Shown here: in pieces, positions 57,038-64,000 of the stretch | How positions within the stretch are numbered: the stretch's first letter is position 1 | Layout: each line of letters opens with the position of its first letter | Assembly (NCBI GenBank): GCA_004431415.1 | Contig: QPMI01000651.1 | Span: 127,153-191,152 of the forward strand | Origin: Cyanophora paradoxa CCMP329 | Lineage: Eukaryota > Plantae > Glaucophyta | Length of the DNA stretch: 64,000 nucleotides | Direction of reading: 5' to 3' | The notes under the pieces: generated by a model | Database searches by the model: none | What the model saw: the letters and a program-made list of their open reading frames with translations, nothing else | What the model was told of the DNA's origin: nothing | Program-made: the position numbers and the translations under genes

Positions 57038-57790
57038 TTTGCTAGGCGAAAACTCGTTTTTTCCAAATATATGTATGACTGATATACATATATGCATATG
57101 ATATACACATTGTCTTGTAGATCTTTTCAAGCGCTTCACAGCGATATGCAGAACGTTGCGATTTGATAATCTGGTGATGAGATACAAGCGTTTGAAGATG
57201 CCGATTATCGATTTTTCGAGATTTCGGAATGATGCATCATAATGATGTAATAATGATGTATCATAAACACATAACATATATATATCGCCGTGATCGTCAT
57301 GATCTCCCGAGTTCGATGGTGTGTCATATATATCATATACATATGCATCGTCATTATGACATCATTTCGTAACATAACACGTCCGTCATCGTCTTTTTTC
57401 CGCAGCGAACAGATAAGTGAACAGTTAACGAGACAACTATTGTAATAGTGTACTGCAACAACAATTGAAAACAAGATATGCGGGAAAGCTATTGAAAGAC
57501 AATGAAGCAAATTGCGAACAATTAAGTGAACAGTTAAGTGGACACCTGTTGGGAGTAGGCAGTGTCTACTCGTTTATCGTGAAACGGTGTCCACTTAACT
57601 GTTCATTTAACTGTTGACGAAAACCCATGCATTATGACATCATATCATTAAACCACATACAAAACACTAAAATGCATGTATCTCTTCACCAACTCATCAT
57701 GTGACAAAACCAAAAACAGATTCGGAATCCTCTTAACGAGGCCTGCCTGACGATGTAAGTATCATAGGCTCAATAATTCATATGTTTATA

Positions 57791-58863
57791 AGCATCTCCC
57801 CAAGATTCCCCCTATTATATAATATTTATATTAAAGTGGACTCAAGGTTGACTCATATTAATCGTAAAAGTAGTAATAGTATATGGATTTTGTTACGAAT
57901 TCAATGCAAGGGTTGACTAAGTGGGTTGAGTTGACTCAAATTTCACAGGAAATAACAATGAATCAGAGTATAAAATGCATTTTTTGAATCAACTACACCA
58001 ACTAACACTGAGATTTTCACAATATAAGAGGTCCTTACTGAATATGGTATGTGTCACAGGTGTCACAGGTTTATCCCAAAGTTTCTCCTATAAAGAGTGA
58101 ATTTTCAAAAGTTTGGGATGGACCTGTGACACCTGTGACACTCGATTAAATCATTTATTCATTTAATTAGAAATACATAGATAAGATTATTACTGAGTTT
58201 TTCATTATAAAAGAGATCCTTACTAAATATGGTATGTGTCACAGGTGTCACAGGTTTATCCCAAAGTTTCTCCTATAAAGAATGAATTTTCAAAAGTTTG
58301 GGATGGACCTGTGACACCTGTGACACCCAATTATTTCAAAAAACCTAAGGGTCCCCCCTTAGACTCAACAAAACAATGATAAAATCATATAAGTTTCATG
58401 TATAATTACGATTGAATTCAATAAGAGATCGATTTGTTAATATAAACAAATGAATCTTTTATGGATCTTAATCGAGTTTAGCGATATGTTTCCGATTAAA
58501 TGAATAAAATTTAATTAAATTTAATCGAGAAAGTACATGAATATAATATCGATTAAATCAATTAACTTTTAGACCAATCACACATAGTAAAATGCGGAGT
58601 TTTAACCAGAGGCAAGATCTAATTGAGATTCAGTTATATTATTCGGAAACATATACAGATTATCGATTCACTCAGTAAGACTAATCGGAAAATAAGAGAA
58701 ATTTACGATAAAATATCGAAAAGAATACAAAATAATCGAAATAAATGAATATTCGATAAGATATACACAGATTATCGATTGATTGAAATAGAATATACGA
58801 GATATATCAACAAAATCAATTAAGATTAAGCCGAGGGTTAAAACTCCGCATTTTACTATGTGT
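57791..58863 (-). repeat. Right TIR of element B (fold-back 58580-58863)
   Basis: Reverse complement of 30957-32029. Confidence 0.95.
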
Positions 58864-59317
58864 TATGTTTGTGAGAGTGAGAATAGAAAAGAACCCATTC
58901 GCTAAACAAGGTGTCAATTGGTCGCGAATCGTCTATACTGTCGAAGGGAGAGAGGGTTTCAAGTTCAGGTTGCGAAATCCGAACGGCGAAATGGTCGAAG
59001 GGAGATTCGCTTTCCACGAACTGTTACCTATCAAAGGTGTTGAGTATCACGAAGCGCCCACAGTGGATGCACTTGAACAAGCGAAAGAAGAAGCCCGGGT
59101 CGATTCGGCAATTCGCAAGGAAGGCATCGAAAAAGCGGATGACGTCCCAGAAGAACCGTTAACACAAGCCAGAACCAAGAAGAAAGGTAAGGCGGAACGT
59201 GAATTAAAGAAGTTAACCATAGCAGGAACCCAGAAACTATCAGAAGTCAACAGTCAGAGATGGTATACAGACTTTCAGACCTCAAAAGAGACATATTCAG
59301 CCCACAAACCCGGGTAA
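58864..59317 (+). pseudogene. rve integrase of element A, 3' part
   Basis: MFVRVRIEKNPFAKQG continues GIKQG from 30950 and matches the C-terminus of the B integrase. Confidence 0.93.
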
Positions 59318-59454
59318 ATCTAAGATCCAGTTCGCGAAAGTAGCATAGATGTGTAGAGGATGCAAAGAGGATTCCGGCGATGGTCGCGGTTTCGAAAATG
59401 GATGAGTTGGTGAAGAGTTACAGCAGTGTGTATGAATTTCTTGGAATTTTGGGT

Positions 59455-59692
59455 TCAGTTATCATATCATACCTCTCCCCCGGTTATCATATCATATCAT
59501 ATCATACTTTCCCCCCCAGTTATCATACTTCTCCCCCCAGTTATCATACTTCTCCCCCCAGTTATCATACTTCCCCCCAGTTATCATAATTAATCCCCCA
59601 GTTATCATAATTCATCCCCCAGTTATCATATCATACTTCTCCCCCCAGTTATCATACTTCATCCCCCAGTTATCATATCACACTTCTTCCCC
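59455..59692. repeat. Minisatellite, about 21-bp cccccagttatcatacttc units
   Basis: About ten variable copies visible. Confidence 0.85.
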
Positions 59693-59873
59693 AATGACGT
59701 CACGACATATATACCGCATATATACACGTGACGTCACGACATATATACACTATATATACCAAAACCTCCGTAATGCCGGTTGACCAAGAAAAAAATGTTT
59801 GGAAAAAATGTATATATACGTATACATATACATATATATAATCAAAAAAATCGGAAAAAATTCCCTCTCTTTT

Positions 59874-60945
59874 CTATCGTATAAATGCGCCCGTCACATC
59901 GACTCTCATGGTCGGGCATTTATATATACCAGCGGATATATTCGTATATATCTTGTTCTCAGTGGGAAACCTATATAGAAAACATCGTTTATTGCAAGCG
60001 GAAAGCCCCCGTTATATGATACATCCCCAGAATTATGTGCATTATTTATATTCTCACATACAAACATTCTATTCACACCTTCATACTTGATATATGACCA
60101 TGAAACCCCATCTTGCGATGTTGCAACATTGAAAGTCTTAATAAACGCAGTTGTTATACCTGACCCATAAGCAATTATCGAAGCGATCTCATATGTATAT
60201 GGGAATGCTATTTGCAGATATTCTGTTGGCGTTTCCCATACTCCGTTAATTGCGGATGCATTCGCTTCCCATCCAGTTAATGATGGGCGGGCTTTAAATG
60301 CCTCCTTTCCAAATTTCGCAGACGAAGCGGTAAACGCATTATCAGGTAGAAGATACCAATTAGCATCAATGGGAGGTATGTTATTAAGAGTGGATGATAC
60401 ATACGATCGGACAGGGTTCTTAATCTCATAGTTTGTTACCAGCAAATCACAGAGTCTATTAATCATATTGTCGTTTGCTTCTATATACGATTCGGTCGCA
60501 GCTATCATTTCAGGAATCTTAGAGGTATCATCAAGGGAGTTCAATATATCTTTCGGAAGCGGCACAGAGAGTCTATAATATCTTGCATATCCTTGGTCAT
60601 CGTTATATGGTAGAAACTCATGCATCTTTTCAAGAGCAGACAGTTCACTTGCAGCCATAAGCATATTGATTAATGGACTTCCAGAGGTCGAAGCAATCCA
60701 TGAGAGAATACCCCAGGTATTCACGTTCTCATAAGGATAACCGACGGTTGATGCATCGGTTTCGTTAACCTCACCACAAGAGATGCTAATAACTATAATG
60801 TCGTCGTCGTTATCATATATCTTTTTCGCGTGACTGTAACCACAAACGCTTGGGTTATTGTTACCAGATATTGCACCATCAATTAGACACATGCCGTCGT
60901 AATCGACAGGAGCGAAATATGTAGGAGCGGCAGAAGTAGAACGTG
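59874..60945 (-). pseudogene. 5'-truncated patatin-discoidin gene of element A
   Basis: Homologous to 41010-42566 from RSTSAAPTYF to GAFIR; the glycine-rich loop and GxSxG are missing. Confidence 0.88.
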
Positions 60946-60977
60946 TATATCTGCACTTTTGGAGTATTGCAATACCT

Positions 60978-61330
60978 TCGACAGAATCTGCGACAGAATC
61001 AGTCGATAAAATTCGACAGAATCGGTCGACCGATTCTGTCGCAGAATCAGTCGATCGACTGATTCTGTCGATCGACTGATTTTGTCGACCGATTCTGTCG
61101 CAGAGTCAGTCGATAAAATTCGACTGATTCGGTCGACCGATTCTGGCGCAGAATCAGTCGATCGACAGAGTTGGTCGATCGACCGATTTTGTCGACCGAT
61201 TCTGCCGCAGAGTCAGTCGATAAAATTCGACAGAATCGGTCGACCGATTCTGTCGCAGAATCAGTCGATCGACTGATTCTGTCGATCGACTGATTTTGTC
61301 GACCGATTCTGTCGCAGAGTATGTCGATCT
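60978..61330. repeat. Palindromic TCGA-rich satellite (cgacagaatc / gattctgtcg)
   Basis: Short units in both orientations, followed by a tandem duplication of about 35 bp (tttttattatactttcaacctaatctgccgat). Confidence 0.85.
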
Positions 61331-61980
61331 GTTGTGTTTTTATTTTATTATACTTTCAACCTAATCTGCCGATCCTGTGATTTTTATTTTATTATACTTT
61401 CAACCTAATCTGCCGATTTATATATATTCTTAATAATTTGTGGCCTGGCCCTAGGCCTAGGCCTCGCCTGCTGCATGCGCCTGCTGTCTACGCGTACGTA
61501 TACTGGGGTCCTGAATCCTGATCGATATATATATAATATATACTCTCTCGGGCCCAGGCCAGGCGCCTGCCCGGCTCCAGCAATCCAGCAGGCCCCGGGC
61601 GCGCCTTGTGCCCACCTGCCTCTGGTTGCTCTGCAGTCTAGAACTAGAGACCGGCGGACTGTAAATTTAGCTATAGGCAGCACATCAACACTGAATCATG
61701 CAGCGTGGGGCCTAGCACGAGCAGGCTGAAGGGAGAGGTACTAGGGATTCACATGTAGTACTAGTAATTAACTAGTAAGGGCGAGTCATAAGCCGGAGGA
61801 TAACGGGTGAAGCGATGCGGCCCGCACCAGGTCGTTCTGCACCTCGCCGCGCTCGCTGCGCCATGCATCGCGGTGAGCGAGAGCTCGAATCGAATGGAAA
61901 GAGGCAACGCCGGCACGCAGGCGGCTATGCATGCGCACCTCGGCGAGGAGAGGAGAGGGAGAGGAGAGCACGAAAGCGGC

Positions 61981-62292
61981 TCTCCTAGGGCGCCCGGCAG
62001 CCCACGACCGCGACCGCTGATGGCAAGGGCGACGCGCTCGCTGCGCTTGGAGAGTCAATCGAAAGAAAAGAAGCGTCCGCGCCGGCGAACGACCGCACCT
62101 CGGCCCGAGCGGCCGAAAGCATGATCTCCGAGGCGCCCGGCAGCCCGCGACCGCGACCGCGAGGGCGAGGGCGAGGGCGAAGAGCTCGCTGCGCTCGGAT
62201 CGAAAGAGAAGAAATATGCGCGACAGCAAACGACCGCACCTGCGCCCGAGCGGCCGCAAGCATGAACTCCGAGGCCGATCCCAGCAGCCACG
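61981..62292. repeat. Host tandem duplication, about 144-bp unit, just over 2 copies
   Basis: ggcgcccggcagccc...gaccgcacct...cccgagcggccg.aagcatga.ctccgaggc is repeated. Confidence 0.65.
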
Positions 62293-64000
62293 GGCCACAC
62301 GTCCGGAAAGCGGCACGCACTGCGCTGCGCACGCCGCCGGCGTTACAACAAGATCAAAGGGCGAGCAGTGGAGACAAGAGCGAGCACCTGGCCTGCGGAA
62401 GAAGGCGCCGGGCGAACTGGGCGGTGGTGTTCTGCTCGCGGGGACCAGTCACGCCCGCTCCCTGGCCCGCCAGCGAAATGAGGGATTGAATCAAAGGAGA
62501 GGAAACGAAAAGCACCTTGCTTCGCCTCCGCAGCCGCCGCCTACGTTCCGCGCGTGCCTGTCAGCGGCAGAACGCCCACTGGCGACAGCCGCGGGAGGAA
62601 TGGACAAAAAAGGCAACAAGGAGGTCGACAGCGATGCGTTCGCGAGCGTTCGCGGCCGCAACCGGGCGCCAGCCACCCTGAAGCAGCGCTCTGCGTTTGA
62701 AATCAGGCGGGCGACAGGCGGCGAGAGGCGCCAGAGGATGCAAGAGAGGACCTTCGAGCATCGTTCGCGCTGGAAGCCGACGAAGTTCGCTGCGGCGGCA
62801 GCAAGTCCGTTCGACCTGGTTTGAAAAGCGGAATCAGAGACGCGGGCAGCGCTGCGAGACCCCGGAGGAGCCAACGAACCGAGCCGCTGTGAGAGTGAAG
62901 CGCGTCCGCGCGGCAGCCTTCAGTCGAGGCTGCAGCTGCTGGCAGCAAGGCACTTGAAGGCACTTCAAGGCAGCAAGTTTGGGGTACACGACTGTTGGGA
63001 AAAGCCTTGTGAGGCCCACAGCGGCAGGGCCGCCGCGGCAGCCGCGCCGTAGTATAGCTTTCCGAAGCCACCTGAAGCGATTGCCAACGGCTCGACCTGG
63101 CCCTCGGTCCGGAGCGCCTCCCGCTGCGGCACCTTCGCGCGTGCTCGCAGCACGCAGCGCGAGGCAGCTACAAGCACGTGAGCTTGTAACCATGGGTCCA
63201 GCTCCCCCCGTAGCGTCGTCCCTGCGCCGCGCCGATCCACAGCTAGATCGACCGGGCCCGCAACCCCGCGCTGGGTGACTTCGCCGTGCTGGCCGGGTTC
63301 TTTGCGTGCCTTTCAGCTCACTTACATCCGCAGTATCTCTACCAGACAGCCCCGCGGTCGATTTGGAGGGTTGAGGTGCACGCCGGCCGGCGGAGCTCTC
63401 TCACATGTTTCGGTTCATAGCGCGTCCCTCTAAGATGCTCACGCAGTGCCTCTGACTCTGGACTGGCCGGGCGCTGCGTGAGCGCGCGGACCGACGCAAC
63501 CTCCCGATCGGCGGTCGCCTCGGGTGCGCCTGCCAAGCACAGCATTTGGCCAGCGACGCGCGAGCGCGTAGCTGACGAGGCCCAGATCGCCAGGATGGGT
63601 GAGCCGCCTCGGATCGTCGCAGTTTGGGAGACATTCTTCTACACTGCCTGGGTGAGCCGGCTGGGCCCGTTCGCGTCGCTGACGGGACGCGTACGCGTCG
63701 CTGACGGGGCGCGCCGGTAACACAGGATACCGGAAAACGCCGCGTGAAGCCCAGGGCTGGGGTGCGGCGGGTGGCGACGCCGCTCGCGGGGCGGGGCGGA
63801 TCCGAGGCGCGGCAGGCGGCCGCGTGAATTCCAGGATAGGGCGGAGGCGCTTCCTGCGGCGCTGCAGCTCGCGGAGGCGGGCGGGCGGCCGGAGGCGCGG
63901 CGCGTGGCGGCGCGGCTCGCCGGGCGGGGCAGAGGCGCGGCGGGCGGCCGCACGGCTCGCCAGGCGGGCCGGGGCGCGGCGGGTGGCGTCGGCGGCTCGC

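Larger units (their letters stand above)
30957..58863. mobile_element. Element B: complete endogenous Polinton-like virus (27,907 bp)
   Basis: 1,073-bp TIRs; TSD TATGTT at 30951-30956 and 58864-58869; full capsid, packaging, replication and integrase gene set. Confidence 0.95.
16032..60945. mobile_element. Element A: endogenous Polinton-like virus, interrupted by element B, right end missing
   Basis: Starts ACACATAG like element B and coincides with an abrupt drop in GC. Carries MCP, pentons, ATPase, primase-helicase, pPolB and integrase. The integrase resumes at 58864. No right TIR was found. Confidence 0.88.

Noticed and set aside
30957-58863. Assignment as a mavirus-type virophage or a giant-virus fragment
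   Set aside because: The MCP does not look virophage-like to me, no protease or RNA polymerase is seen, and the size, TIRs and 6-bp TSD fit a Polinton-like virus.
60945-61450. Right TIR and CAGGTG target duplication of element A
   Set aside because: I found no reverse complement of A's left end and no matching duplication by eye.
61450-64000. Host genes in the right flank
   Set aside because: Only low-complexity GC-rich ORFs with no recognisable motif.

Overview
GC-rich eukaryotic host DNA (about 1-16031 and 61420-64000) surrounds an AT-rich block of about 45 kb made of two related, nested endogenous Polinton/Maverick-like DNA viruses. The host side carries a LINE retrotransposon (1-8770, minus strand, running off the window) and several short non-autonomous DNA-transposon-like repeats. 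Outer element A starts at 16032, lacks its right end (broken near 60945) and is probably defective. Inner element B (30957-58863, 27,907 bp) looks complete: it has 1,073-bp TIRs and a 6-bp TATGTT target-site duplication, and it sits inside the integrase gene of A. Both elements encode a double jelly-roll MCP with an NCLDV-like N-terminus, two head-to-head penton-like genes, an A32-like ATPase, a Prim-Pol/D5 primase-helicase, a protein-primed PolB with eroded proofreading motifs and an rve integrase. B also carries a prokaryote-type AdoMet decarboxylase, a modular fibre of about 1,970 aa and a patatin-discoidin fusion. The best candidate for a new system is the replication and end architecture. 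Every visible terminus is a 284-293-nt self-folding imperfect hairpin closed by a perfect 28-bp stem with fully compensatory changes between A and B. These are combined with element-specific iteron hairpins found near the ends and behind the primase-helicase gene. Many frameshifts are 1-nt losses in homopolymers and are probably assembly errors. All protein assignments are by-eye motif recognition; no database search was run.
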